Below, piece by piece: positions 16,834 to 25,915 of a stretch of DNA of 64,000 nucleotides. How positions within the stretch are numbered: the stretch's first letter is position 1; every line of letters begins with the position of its first letter. Under the pieces are notes generated by a model, which saw nothing but the letters and a program-made list of their open reading frames with translations, was not told the origin of the DNA and ran no database searches. The DNA is from an uncultured Eubacteriales bacterium (GTDB lineage: Bacteria > Bacillota > Clostridia > Christensenellales > Aristaeellaceae). The translations under genes were made by a program, and so were the position numbers. The stretch lies in assembly GCA_902761825.1 (NCBI GenBank), contig CACWLY010000002.1:22912-86911 (forward strand), given 5' to 3'.

Positions 16834-17733
16834 TTGCCCGTCATGCTGGTCGTCTGCATCGGCATGCTATGCAGAACGAAAAAGCTGATCACGCGCGAAG
16901 GCATCGACACGCTCAAAAAAGTGGCGGTGAATATCTGTCTGCCCGCGGTGCTGTTCAGGGCGTTTGCAAATACCAGTTACGGGATCCAGGATCTTCTGAT
17001 CCCGCTGGCGATGTTCGGCGTCTGCGCGCTGGCCTGGTATCTGGGAAGGATCGGGGCGAGGCTGCTGCGCATGCGGTCCCGGTTTATCCCGTTTCTGACC
17101 ACGGGCTTTGAGGCGGGCATGCTCGGCTACGCCCTGTTTGAAATGCTGTACGGGGCGGAGCAGGTGGAGCAATTTGCCAGGATCGACCTGGGGCAGGTGC
17201 TGTTCGTGTTCACGCTGTACAAAGTGCTCCTGGGCCTGAGCGGCGGACAGAAGGCCGACCGCAAGGCGCTGATCCGCGATATGGCGGCTTCTCCGATCAT
17301 CGTCGCGATCCTTGCGGGCGTCGCGCTTGGCGCGACCGGGCTTTACCAAAAGGATTTTATGCGCGGCGTCAGCGGCGTTCTCAATGAATGCGCAGGCCTT
17401 GTCGCCGCGCCGACAAGCGTTCTGATCCTGCTGTGCATCGGCTATGATCTGGTGCTGCGGGATATTCCCTGGCGGGAAACGCTGCGGGCCGCCGCGCTGC
17501 GCGTCGCCGTCATGCTGCCGCTCTGCTGTGCGTTCCTGCTCGCGCTGCGGCTCTTGTATCCCGCGCATACGATGCATCGGGCGATCTACGTGATGTTCAT
17601 TCTGCCGCCGCCCTTTGTGCTCCCCGTGTTTGCAGACGACGCCCGGCAGCGCACCTTCGTTTCGGCCGTCCTTTCCGTATCCGCGCTGATCGCGATCGCA
17701 GGCTTCTGCGCGCTTGCGTTCCTGCGGCTTTGA
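16834..17733 (+). CDS. AEC (auxin efflux carrier) family transporter
   Basis: N-terminus resembles AEC permeases (ILPVMLVVCIGMLCRTKKLITREG). About 9-10 TM segments. The start is uncertain (TTG 16834 or ATG 16843), and the frame stays open upstream into the MITE end. Confidence 0.75.
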   Translation: MPVMLVVCIGMLCRTKKLITREGIDTLKKVAVNICLPAVLFRAFANTSYGIQDLLIPLAMFGVCALAWYLGRIGARLLRMRSRFIPFLTTGFEAGMLGYALFEMLYGAEQVEQFARIDLGQVLFVFTLYKVLLGLSGGQKADRKALIRDMAASPIIVAILAGVALGATGLYQKDFMRGVSGVLNECAGLVAAPTSVLILLCIGYDLVLRDIPWRETLRAAALRVAVMLPLCCAFLLALRLLYPAHTMHRAIYVMFILPPPFVLPVFADDARQRTFVSAVLSVSALIAIAGFCALAFLRL

Positions 17734-17859
17734 CCGCTTCGCCGGACGGACGATCCGCCGATTTGAAAAAAATTCACCGCAGCCCTTTATTTTGGCGCAT
17801 ATTTGTGGTAAAATTCTATGTGGCATTCGTATATGCATGCCAAATAAATGGGGGAGAGT

Positions 17860-18921
17860 ATGAAACGTACCGATAAACTGCTGGCCGCTCTGCCGGAGAA
17901 TACGGCGGCGCTGCTGCATAACGCTTCCAATATTTTTTACCTGAGCGGATATACCGGCGAGGGCCTTCTGCTGGTGGCTCCCGGAATAAACGCCGTGATC
18001 ACCGATTTCCGCTATGTGGAAGCGGCCGAAAAACAGTGCCCCGGTTTTACCGTCCATGCCATCCGCGCGGGCGTAAGCCATGTGCAGGTCGCAAACGAAC
18101 TGCTGAAGAATGCAGGTTTCGGCAAGCTTGCCGTTGAAGATAACGTCGTTACCGTCCGGGCGATGAAGGAAATAGAAAAAACGATGCCCGGTATGGAATT
18201 TATCCCCATGGATTTCCGCCCCGAAAAGCTGCGCGAGGTCAAGGACGACGATGAGCTGAGCCGCATCGAGCGCGCCTGCGATATCACCTGCCAGGCCTTT
18301 GAATACATCTGCGGCTTCATCGCGCCCGGCTGCACCGAACGGGAGATCGGTCTGGCGCTCGATTACAAGATGCTGCAGCTGGGCGCTCAGGGCCTCGCCT
18401 TCGATACGATCGTCGCATCGGGCGAAAACGGCTCGCTCCCGCATGCGGTTCCCGGCGACCGGGAGATCTGCGAAGGGGATATGATCACCATCGACTTCGG
18501 CGCGCGGTATGAAGGCTATGACGCCGATATGACGCGCACGGTGGCGGTGGGCCAGCCATCCGAAAAAATGCGCAGGATCTACGATATCGTCCTGCATGCC
18601 CAGGAGACCGCCCAGGCCGCCATCGCGCCGGGCGTGCGGTGCAGCGATATCGATAAAACCGCCCGCGATATCATCACCGAAGCGGGCTACGGCGATTGCT
18701 TCGGCCACAGCACGGGCCATGGCGTGGGCATCGATATCCACGAAGAGCCGCGCGTATCCGCCCGTTCCGAACAGATCCTGACCCCAGGCAACATCGTTAC
18801 CGTGGAACCCGGAATCTACGTTCCAGGCCTCGGAGGCGTGCGCATCGAAAACACGTGCGTCGTCACCGAAACCGGCGTCCGCGCCCTGTGCGGTGCATCC
18901 AAGGAGCTGCGCATTCTGTAA
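17860..18921 (+). CDS. Xaa-Pro aminopeptidase (M24B)
   Basis: ATG after GGGGGAGAG. M24 motifs (DFGARYEGYDADMTRT, HSTGHGVGIDIHE, VEPGIY...RIEN). Usual position upstream of efp. Confidence 0.88.
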   Translation: MKRTDKLLAALPENTAALLHNASNIFYLSGYTGEGLLLVAPGINAVITDFRYVEAAEKQCPGFTVHAIRAGVSHVQVANELLKNAGFGKLAVEDNVVTVRAMKEIEKTMPGMEFIPMDFRPEKLREVKDDDELSRIERACDITCQAFEYICGFIAPGCTEREIGLALDYKMLQLGAQGLAFDTIVASGENGSLPHAVPGDREICEGDMITIDFGARYEGYDADMTRTVAVGQPSEKMRRIYDIVLHAQETAQAAIAPGVRCSDIDKTARDIITEAGYGDCFGHSTGHGVGIDIHEEPRVSARSEQILTPGNIVTVEPGIYVPGLGGVRIENTCVVTETGVRALCGASKELRIL

Positions 18922-18973
18922 TGCCGCACCTTTTTGCAAATAAACTCAATAACAAAAATGGAGGAATGAACCA

Positions 18974-19531
18974 ATGATTACTGCTGGCGATTTCAAAAAA
19001 GGCATTACCGTGGAATGGGACGGCGGCGTATGGACCATCGTTGATTTCCAGCACGTCAAGCCCGGCAAGGGCGCCGCTTTTGTGCGCACCAAGATCAAGA
19101 ACATCATGACCGGCGCCGTGGTGGAACGCTCCTTCAACCCCACCGACAAGATGCCCAAGGCCATCATCGAGACCAAGGAAATGGAATACCTGTACAATGA
19201 CGGCGAACTGTACTACTTCATGGATCCCGAGACCTATGAGCAGACCCCCCTCAACCACAGCCAGGTGGAGGACGCCATCCAGTTCGTGAAGGAAAACACC
19301 AACGTCATCATCCGCTACTTCAAGGGCAGCGCCTTCTCCGTGGAAGCGCCCAACTTTGTCGAGCTGGAAGTGACCAAGACCGAGCCCGGCTTCAAGGGCG
19401 ATACGGCCACCAACAACTTCAAGCCCGCCACCGTGGAAACCGGCTATGAGCTGCAGGTGCCCCTGTTCATCAATATCGGCGATAAGATCAAGATCGATAC
19501 CCGCTCAGGCGAATACCTGTCCCGTGCCTGA
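18974..19531 (+). CDS. efp: Elongation factor P
   Basis: Contains [19 protein letters not shown]. Confidence 0.95.
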   Translation: MITAGDFKKGITVEWDGGVWTIVDFQHVKPGKGAAFVRTKIKNIMTGAVVERSFNPTDKMPKAIIETKEMEYLYNDGELYYFMDPETYEQTPLNHSQVEDAIQFVKENTNVIIRYFKGSAFSVEAPNFVELEVTKTEPGFKGDTATNNFKPATVETGYELQVPLFINIGDKIKIDTRSGEYLSRA

Positions 19532-19553
19532 TCGAACGGAAAAGGAGAAAAAA

Positions 19554-19973
19554 ATGAGCAGCATCAATGACCGCGTGGCGTACCTGAAGGGCCTTGCCGA
19601 AGGAATGAAGCTGAGCGACGAGACCAATGAGGGAAAACTCCTGCTGAAAATGCTGGATGTGCTGGAAAGCATGGCGGAGGAAATCACCACCCTGCGCGCC
19701 GACCATGACGAACTGGACGAATATGTGGAAAGCATTGACGACGATCTGGCCGATATGGAAGAATACCTGTTCGACGACGACGATGAGGACGGGTACGAGG
19801 ACGGCGAAGACGATGAGGAAGAGGACGACGATCAGACGGTCGTTTACACCTGCCCTCATTGCGGAAACGAAGTGACCTTTGAGATCGACGGGTTCGATTT
19901 TGAAGAAGATAATCTGTGCCCCAGCTGCGGCAAGCCCCTTTTCCCAGAGGATGGGGACGACGCCGAAAAGTAA
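19554..19973 (+). CDS. Small acidic zinc-ribbon protein
   Basis: ATG after AAAGGAGAAAAA. Helical N-terminal domain, D/E-rich tract, then CPHC...CPSC. The ORF-track start at 19446 overlaps efp and is rejected. Confidence 0.75.
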   Translation: MSSINDRVAYLKGLAEGMKLSDETNEGKLLLKMLDVLESMAEEITTLRADHDELDEYVESIDDDLADMEEYLFDDDDEDGYEDGEDDEEEDDDQTVVYTCPHCGNEVTFEIDGFDFEEDNLCPSCGKPLFPEDGDDAEK

Positions 19974-19985
19974 GCGATAACCGCC

Positions 19986-20016
19986 AAAAAGCCATCTGCG
20001 TTCCGGATGGCTTTTT
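19986..20016 (+). terminator. Intrinsic terminator
   Basis: AAAAAGCCATC-loop-GATGGCTTTTT. Confidence 0.8.
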
Positions 20017-20037
20017 GCGTACAGAAAGGGGTTTTCC

Positions 20038-20796
20038 ATGAAATATCTGCATGAAAACGCCCGTCCCTTCTTTCTGGAGGGCGGAGAGGACGCGATCCTG
20101 CTTACCCATGGCTTCACGGGCTCCTGCGGGCATATGCGCCCGCTTGGCGATTATCTGAACGCCCGGGGCTTTACGGTCCGGGGCATCCTGCTGCCCGGCC
20201 ACGGCACCGATCTGGACGATATGAGCAAAAGCACCTGGCAGGATTGGCTGAACGCCGAACTGACCGCGGTGCGGGAGCTGAAGGAGAAATACCGCACAGT
20301 TACGGTGGCTGGCCTTTCCATGGGCGGGTGTCTGTCGCTGATCGCCGCCGAGCAGATGCCGGTGGACGCCTGCGTCACGCTGTCGGCTCCGATGAAAACG
20401 CAGCAGAAGTTTACCTGGGCGGCTCCCGTCGCTGCGCTCTTTGTGCCAAGGATCATGTGGCAGAACGGCGCGGTCAACGATACGCGCCGGCTGGACCCGG
20501 AATACAATATCGGGTATCCCGGCATGCCGACGAAGCGGATCGTCGATCTCAATCACCTGATGAAGCAGGCGCGCAAAAACCTGTACAGCGTCACCTGTCC
20601 GCTGCTCTCGGTGCAGAGCCACGGCGACGAGACCATCAGCGCGGACAGCGCCGACATCATCCAGCGGGGCGCGGCTTCCAGGATAAAGGAAATGCTGTGG
20701 CTTGAGGAAGTGCCGCACGTGTGCACGATCAGCCGCGAAAAGGATCACATCGGGCAGGCGATGGCCGATTTTCTCAGGAAAGCGCTGAACGGATAA
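20038..20796 (+). CDS. Alpha/beta hydrolase (Est30/YvaK-type carboxylesterase-like)
   Basis: HGFTGS oxyanion region, nucleophile elbow GLSMGG, late HGD. Confidence 0.8.
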   Translation: MKYLHENARPFFLEGGEDAILLTHGFTGSCGHMRPLGDYLNARGFTVRGILLPGHGTDLDDMSKSTWQDWLNAELTAVRELKEKYRTVTVAGLSMGGCLSLIAAEQMPVDACVTLSAPMKTQQKFTWAAPVAALFVPRIMWQNGAVNDTRRLDPEYNIGYPGMPTKRIVDLNHLMKQARKNLYSVTCPLLSVQSHGDETISADSADIIQRGAASRIKEMLWLEEVPHVCTISREKDHIGQAMADFLRKALNG

Positions 20797-20840
20797 ACAG
20801 GATGCCGCATAGCATGAACCAACCGGAAGGAGGGATTGCC

Positions 20841-21077
20841 ATGCGGCTTTCTGATGCAAAAAAACCTGCAATGGAATGGAGCGAGGCGGCCATGCTGCCT
20901 GCCTGCGTACGCACGATGAGCGGAGGCGCCGCGCTGCGGCAGCTCAGAAAAATCGACCGTCTGAATACGTCTGCTGTACAGCGGAAAAATGCGCCCGCCT
21001 CTGTGGCTGAACCGGGGGATGCACGGATCAGCCCAATGAGACGGGCGGCTTATCGTCAGATCACGCGGCTTCTTTAA
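20841..21077 (+). CDS. Possible small basic protein (78 aa)
   Basis: ATG 6 nt after GGAAGGAGGG. No recognisable family. Its 3' end overlaps the convergent CAP gene by 4 nt. Confidence 0.3.
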   Translation: MRLSDAKKPAMEWSEAAMLPACVRTMSGGAALRQLRKIDRLNTSAVQRKNAPASVAEPGDARISPMRRAAYRQITRLL

Positions 21078-21718
21078 CGGGCGAACAGCTGTACTACATA
21101 GACGAAGCCGTTTTTGTCCAGGCAGATGCCGACGCCGGCGCGCGTCCATTGACTGCCCAATATGTTCGCGCGGTGGCTTGCGCTGCTCATGAAGCCGGCC
21201 TCGGCCTTTTCCACCGTTCCGTAATGGGCGATGTTTTCACCGACGCCCTTGAAGCTGTAGCCGAAGCGCCTGAGCATTTCGGCCGGACGGCCGTAAGTCG
21301 GGGATTCGTGAGCGAAATAACCATTCTCGCTCATATCGCAGGCTTTGACGCGGGCGATCGCGCAGAGCTCCTCATCCAGCGGCAGCGCGGAGAGCCCGTT
21401 TGTCTGGCGGTCGGCATTTAATAAATTCCATGCAGAATACTCTTGCGCTGAGACCGAAAGCGTAGTATAATCCCCAACGTTAACAGAAGTTGAAGGTTGC
21501 GCGGAAGCCGCCGGCGTTTTCGCGGGAGCGGGCGTCGCGGCAGGCGCGGGAGAACGGGTTTTGCGCGGCGCGGACGTCGTGCGCGTGCAGACGGTATGAT
21601 TCCGATAGGGCCAGCCTTTAAAGCCAAACTGGGAGGTTGGAGCGCCTTCCGCGGCGGCCGCGCCCGCGATGCAAAGGAAACAGATTGCCGTGATCATAGC
21701 TTTTCGTGTGGATCTCAT
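21074..21718 (-). CDS. Secreted CAP/SCP (YkwD-like) domain protein
   Basis: Signal peptide, P/A/T-rich linker, and CAP motifs (GYFAHESPTYG, GENIA, HRANIL). Confidence 0.85.
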   Translation of the reverse strand: MRSTRKAMITAICFLCIAGAAAAEGAPTSQFGFKGWPYRNHTVCTRTTSAPRKTRSPAPAATPAPAKTPAASAQPSTSVNVGDYTTLSVSAQEYSAWNLLNADRQTNGLSALPLDEELCAIARVKACDMSENGYFAHESPTYGRPAEMLRRFGYSFKGVGENIAHYGTVEKAEAGFMSSASHRANILGSQWTRAGVGICLDKNGFVYVVQLFAR

Positions 21719-21851
21719 ATGTGCCTCCGTATAAAGCAGATGATTGGCGATATCGCGTTTCTAATGTAAAACATGGAATCCAAACTGTCAATTCGCTTTG
21801 CCAAGGCGTTACCATGAGAAATAATGCCAACTAAATTGGAGGATCTGTTCT

Positions 21852-22265
21852 ATGACACTGACCAAATGCCCTCGCTGTGAGCTGAATTACATTACCGACG
21901 GCGAGCAGTACTGCAAGATCTGCCGTCTGGAAATGAAGGGCGAGCCTGTGCGCGACGAGATCGAGATGTGCACCATGTGCGGCGAGCATCCCGTCATGCC
22001 CGGCAAGGATGTTTGCCTGTTCTGCCTGAAGGAAATGAACGGCGAGGAAAACAATCAGGAGGATGAGGACAGCATCGTTGTAACCGAGGATGCCGCGATC
22101 GGCATCGATCCGCTGAGCACCATGGACGAGATCATTCCCGAAAGCGACGCCGACGACGACGGCACCATGTCGCTGGAGGCGCTGGGCGAAGAGGAAGAGG
22201 AAAACGAGGACCTGGATGACGACGACCTGGACGACGGAATGAGCGCTCCCAAACGCCGCAAATGA
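21852..22265 (+). CDS. Small zinc-ribbon protein with acidic tail
   Basis: CPRC...CKIC and CTMC...CLFC followed by a D/E-rich C-terminus. SD GGAGGA. Confidence 0.7.
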   Translation: MTLTKCPRCELNYITDGEQYCKICRLEMKGEPVRDEIEMCTMCGEHPVMPGKDVCLFCLKEMNGEENNQEDEDSIVVTEDAAIGIDPLSTMDEIIPESDADDDGTMSLEALGEEEEENEDLDDDDLDDGMSAPKRRK

Positions 22266-22963
22266 GTATTTTTGCCATTAGCGATCTGCATCTGCCCGGC
22301 GGCGACGACAAGCCCATGCAGGTTTTCGGCTCGCACTGGGAGGGGCACTGGGACAGGATACGCGAGGACTGGCGCGCGCGGGTACAGGCCGAGGATATCG
22401 TGCTGATCCCGGGCGATATCAGCTGGGCGATGTATCTGGCCGACGCCGTCCCCGATCTGCAGGCCATAGGAGAGCTGCCCGGGAAAAAGATCCTGCTTCG
22501 GGGAAATCATGATTACTGGTGGGGCGCTATCACCCGCGTGCGGGATGCGCTCCCGCAGGGCATGTACGCGCTGCAGAACGACGCGCTCATGATGAACGGC
22601 GTTGTTTTCTGCGGTTCCCGGGGATGGACGAACCCGCTCGGCAGCACCGACGGGGAGGACGCGCGGCTCTACGCCCGGGAGCTGATCCGCCTGCGCATCT
22701 CGCTGGAACGCGCAAGGCAGCTTTCCCCGCAGGGCCGACTGATCGCGCTTACGCATTTCCCGCCTTTGGGGGAAAACGGCGCGCAAACGCCGGTTTCCGA
22801 TCTGATGCGCGAATTCGGCGTCGGCGACGTCGTTTACGGCCATCTGCACGGCGCGTCCGTCCGCGGCGCGTTCACGGGAACGGTGGACGGCGTCCGGTAT
22901 CATTTTGTTTCGTGCGACGGTCTCGGATTCCGGCTGTATCAATTGCCGGACACGGCCGAATGA
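22262..22963 (+). CDS. Metallophosphoesterase
   Basis: ATGA overlap with the upstream gene. Full motif set SDLH, PGDIS, GNHDYW, THFPP, GHLH. Confidence 0.85.
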   Translation: MSIFAISDLHLPGGDDKPMQVFGSHWEGHWDRIREDWRARVQAEDIVLIPGDISWAMYLADAVPDLQAIGELPGKKILLRGNHDYWWGAITRVRDALPQGMYALQNDALMMNGVVFCGSRGWTNPLGSTDGEDARLYARELIRLRISLERARQLSPQGRLIALTHFPPLGENGAQTPVSDLMREFGVGDVVYGHLHGASVRGAFTGTVDGVRYHFVSCDGLGFRLYQLPDTAE

Positions 22964-22998
22964 CCCGCTTTTCCGCTGAGGAAAGGCGGGCTTTTTTC
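22964..22998 (+). terminator. Intrinsic terminator
   Basis: CCCGCTTTTCC-loop-GGAAAGGCGGG followed by CTTTTTT. Confidence 0.8.
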
Positions 22999-23021
22999 TA
23001 TTCGCCCTTTTCAGGCCGCCA

Positions 23022-23051
23022 TTGCCATTTATCCGCCGTTTATGCTATAAT
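23022..23051 (+). promoter_or_regulatory. Putative truA promoter (TTGCCA, 18-nt spacer, TGcTATAAT)
   Basis: Sequence match only. Confidence 0.5.
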
Positions 23052-23084
23052 CAAATGACGTGAGGAAACAAAGGGAGCGTGCGC

Positions 23085-23864
23085 ATGGAAGAGTACAACA
23101 AGATCCTGCTGACCGTGGAATACGACGGCTCGGGATTCGCGGGATGGCAGAGGCAGGCCAATTTCCGCACGGTGCAGGGCGAGCTTGAAAAGGCCGTAAG
23201 CCGCGCCGTGAGCCGGGAAACCACCATATGGGGAGCCAGCCGCACGGACGCCGGGGTCAACGCGCTGGGCCAGCGCGCGCATTTTTACAATTACAGCACG
23301 ATTCCCGCCGATAAGTTCCCGTTCGTGCTCAACACCATGCTGCCGCCCGATATCCGCATCCGCGCCGCGCGGGAGATCCCCGAGGGGATACACGCCCGGT
23401 TTTCCTGCCGCGGAAAAATCTATACCTACCGCATATACAACAATCGCCATGCCAGCGCGATCCGCCGCAATTTCACCACGCATATCCCCGTCCCGATCGA
23501 TGAGGAAAAAATGCGTTCCGCGGCGCGGCGCTTCCTCGGCACGCATGATTTCGCGGCCTTCCAGGCTTCAGGCGGAACGGCGAAAACCACAATCCGCACC
23601 ATATACGGCCTGGATATTGATCGGCAAGGCGACGATATCACGCTGACCGTGCGCGGAAACGCGTTTCTCTATAACATGGTTCGCATCATGGCCGGCACGC
23701 TGATCGCCGTCGGTCAGGACCGGCTTTCTGCCGACTGCGTCGACGAGGCGCTTGAAACAGGAAACCGTCTGGTTCTCGGCGTTACCGCGCCGCCGAACGG
23801 ACTGGAGCTGACCCGGATCTTTTATGATCTGGAAGGGGAAGAGCCGCCCGACGATATGCGGTAA
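23085..23864 (+). CDS. truA: tRNA pseudouridine(38-40) synthase
   Basis: Contains VEYDGSGFAGWQRQ and RTDAGVNA. Start is ATG 23085 (or GTG 23079). Confidence 0.92.
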   Translation: MEEYNKILLTVEYDGSGFAGWQRQANFRTVQGELEKAVSRAVSRETTIWGASRTDAGVNALGQRAHFYNYSTIPADKFPFVLNTMLPPDIRIRAAREIPEGIHARFSCRGKIYTYRIYNNRHASAIRRNFTTHIPVPIDEEKMRSAARRFLGTHDFAAFQASGGTAKTTIRTIYGLDIDRQGDDITLTVRGNAFLYNMVRIMAGTLIAVGQDRLSADCVDEALETGNRLVLGVTAPPNGLELTRIFYDLEGEEPPDDMR

Positions 23865-23905
23865 ACTGCACAATTTGCGGGAGGATTCATTATCAGCCCC
23901 GCGCA

Positions 23906-23934
23906 TTGCATTTCATTCCGGTTTGCTCTATAAT
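23906..23934 (+). promoter_or_regulatory. Near-consensus sigma-A promoter (TTGCAT, 17-nt spacer, TATAAT)
   Basis: -35 at 23906-23911 and -10 at 23929-23934. A 6-bp hairpin GCCGGG/CCCGGC (23944-23960) lies in the short leader. Confidence 0.6.
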
Positions 23935-23977
23935 GAACCTCGCGCCGGGCCCGACCCGGCTTCACAAGGAGGAAACA

Positions 23978-25915
23978 ATGTCCAGAGCCGCTGCGATTGA
24001 TCAATACATAAGCGCTTTGAGTCAGGGAAAAAAATACTATAAAGCCTGCATCGCAAAGGGCGTATATCCCTTTCCGCAGGTGCTTGAAAAAATACTGGAA
24101 AACCAGGAAACCGCCGGCAGCGTCAACCTTGGCCTGATGGATATTCCCATCGACCGCATCGCGGGCACATGGGCCGAGGGCCGCAAAACGGCCTTTGCCG
24201 GCAATATGATGCCGCTGCTTGATGAAAATACCGAGTTCGCCCAGAAATGGGTATCGCTGTGCGAATCGCAGCTGGAGGAGGGGATACGCGATCCGATCAG
24301 CTGCATCGAATACCTTGGCAGTTTTTACGTGCAGGAAGGCCACAAGCGCGTCAGCGTCCTGAAAAGCTTCGGATCGCCTTCCATTCCCGGCACCGTTACG
24401 CGCGTGATCCCCGCCCTTACCGACGATATGGGCATCCGCGTATACTATGAGTTTATGGATTTCTATAAGCTCAGCCGGATCTACCTGGTCAGCTTTACCC
24501 GCCTTGGCGGATATATCCGCTTGCAGGCTGCGCTGGGCATGGAGCCTGATCATGTATGGACCGAGGAGGAAAGGCGCGCGTTCAGCAGCGAGTTCAGGCA
24601 GTTCAAGGAAGCGTTTGACGCTTTGAACACCGAAAAGCTGCCCCTGACCGCGGGCGACGCTTTCCTGTCCTTTTTGAAGGTGCATCCCTACAGCGAAACG
24701 CAGACGATGGACGCCGAAAAGATCAAGTCTGCGCTGACCTCGCTTTGGCCCGATATCCGCCTGCTCGCGCAGGGCGAGCCGATCAAGGTAAGCAGCGAGC
24801 CCGAGGAAAAGGAAAAAGGCCTGCTGAGCCGTATCCTGGGAACGCCCAGGCTGCACGCCGCGTTCATCTATAATTTCGATCCGCAGAAAAGCGCGTGGGC
24901 TTCCGCGCACGAGCGGGGACAGAAATACCTGGAGGAAAAGCTCGGCGACAGCGTGACCGTAAGCACCTGCCTGTGCGGCGACGATGATGCCGCCGAGGTC
25001 ATGGAGAAAGCCGTGGCCGACGGCGCCAACGTGATTTTTGCCACGACGCCCACGCTGATCGACGTCTGCCGCCGCATTGCCGCGAAATATAAGAACGTCG
25101 CGGTCTTCAACTGCTCGCTGTCCATGCCGTACGCGGGCGTGCGCAGCTACTATTGCCGCAATTACGAGGGGAAATTCATATCCGGCGCGATCGCGGGCGC
25201 GATGGCGCGGAACGATAAGATCGGCTACGTCGCCAATTATCCGATCATGGGCGCGACGGCGGCAATCAACGCATTCGCCCTCGGCGCGCGGCTGACCAAT
25301 CCCAGGGTCAAGGTATACCTGCGGTGGAGCTGCCTGCCGGGCAATCCGATGAAAGAGCTGCTGGACGAGGGCGTGACGGTGCTCAGCAACCGCGACGAGG
25401 ACGGCGCGAAGCCGTTCCTGGCCTGGCATGTAGGCACCTATCTGGTGACCGAGGACGGACAGCTGGAGCCGCTCGCTTCCACCCGTTGGGACTGGGGAAA
25501 ATTCTATGAAAAAACCATGCGTTCGCTGCAGACCGGCGGCATTGAAGCACTGCGCAGCAGCGACTGCGCCGTGAACGACTGGTGGGGTATAAGCACCGGC
25601 GTGGTGGACGTGGATATTCCGGAGACGCTTCCCGACGGCATGAAGCAGCTTGCCCGCATCCTGAAAAACGGCATTCTGACCGAGAATGTCGATCCTTTCC
25701 TCTGCCCGATCACCGCGCAGGACGGAACCGTGATCAGCGAGGGCGAAAGGCTGTTTGCGCCCGATGAACTGATGCGCATGGACTGGCTGTGTGAAAACGT
25801 GGACGGGATTATTCCGGACTTTGACAGCCTGCTGCCCCAGTCCCGGGAGCTTGTGCGGCTGCTGGGCATTCACCGCGAAACCATACCGCCCAAGACAGAG
25901 GAAGCGAAGAAATGA
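23978..25915 (+). CDS. Cytoplasmic fusion protein: N-terminal ParB/Srx-like domain + helical linker + C-terminal BMP (PnrA/Med-type periplasmic-binding-fold) domain
   Basis: ATG after AAGGAGGAAAC. No signal peptide or lipobox. ParB/Srx-like segment EGIRDPISCIEYLGSFYVQEGHKRVSVLKSFG. BMP-like segment ...NVIFATTP...KNVAVFNC...YEGKFISGAIAGAM...IGYVANYPI... Confidence 0.7.
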   Translation: MSRAAAIDQYISALSQGKKYYKACIAKGVYPFPQVLEKILENQETAGSVNLGLMDIPIDRIAGTWAEGRKTAFAGNMMPLLDENTEFAQKWVSLCESQLEEGIRDPISCIEYLGSFYVQEGHKRVSVLKSFGSPSIPGTVTRVIPALTDDMGIRVYYEFMDFYKLSRIYLVSFTRLGGYIRLQAALGMEPDHVWTEEERRAFSSEFRQFKEAFDALNTEKLPLTAGDAFLSFLKVHPYSETQTMDAEKIKSALTSLWPDIRLLAQGEPIKVSSEPEEKEKGLLSRILGTPRLHAAFIYNFDPQKSAWASAHERGQKYLEEKLGDSVTVSTCLCGDDDAAEVMEKAVADGANVIFATTPTLIDVCRRIAAKYKNVAVFNCSLSMPYAGVRSYYCRNYEGKFISGAIAGAMARNDKIGYVANYPIMGATAAINAFALGARLTNPRVKVYLRWSCLPGNPMKELLDEGVTVLSNRDEDGAKPFLAWHVGTYLVTEDGQLEPLASTRWDWGKFYEKTMRSLQTGGIEALRSSDCAVNDWWGISTGVVDVDIPETLPDGMKQLARILKNGILTENVDPFLCPITAQDGTVISEGERLFAPDELMRMDWLCENVDGIIPDFDSLLPQSRELVRLLGIHRETIPPKTEEAKK

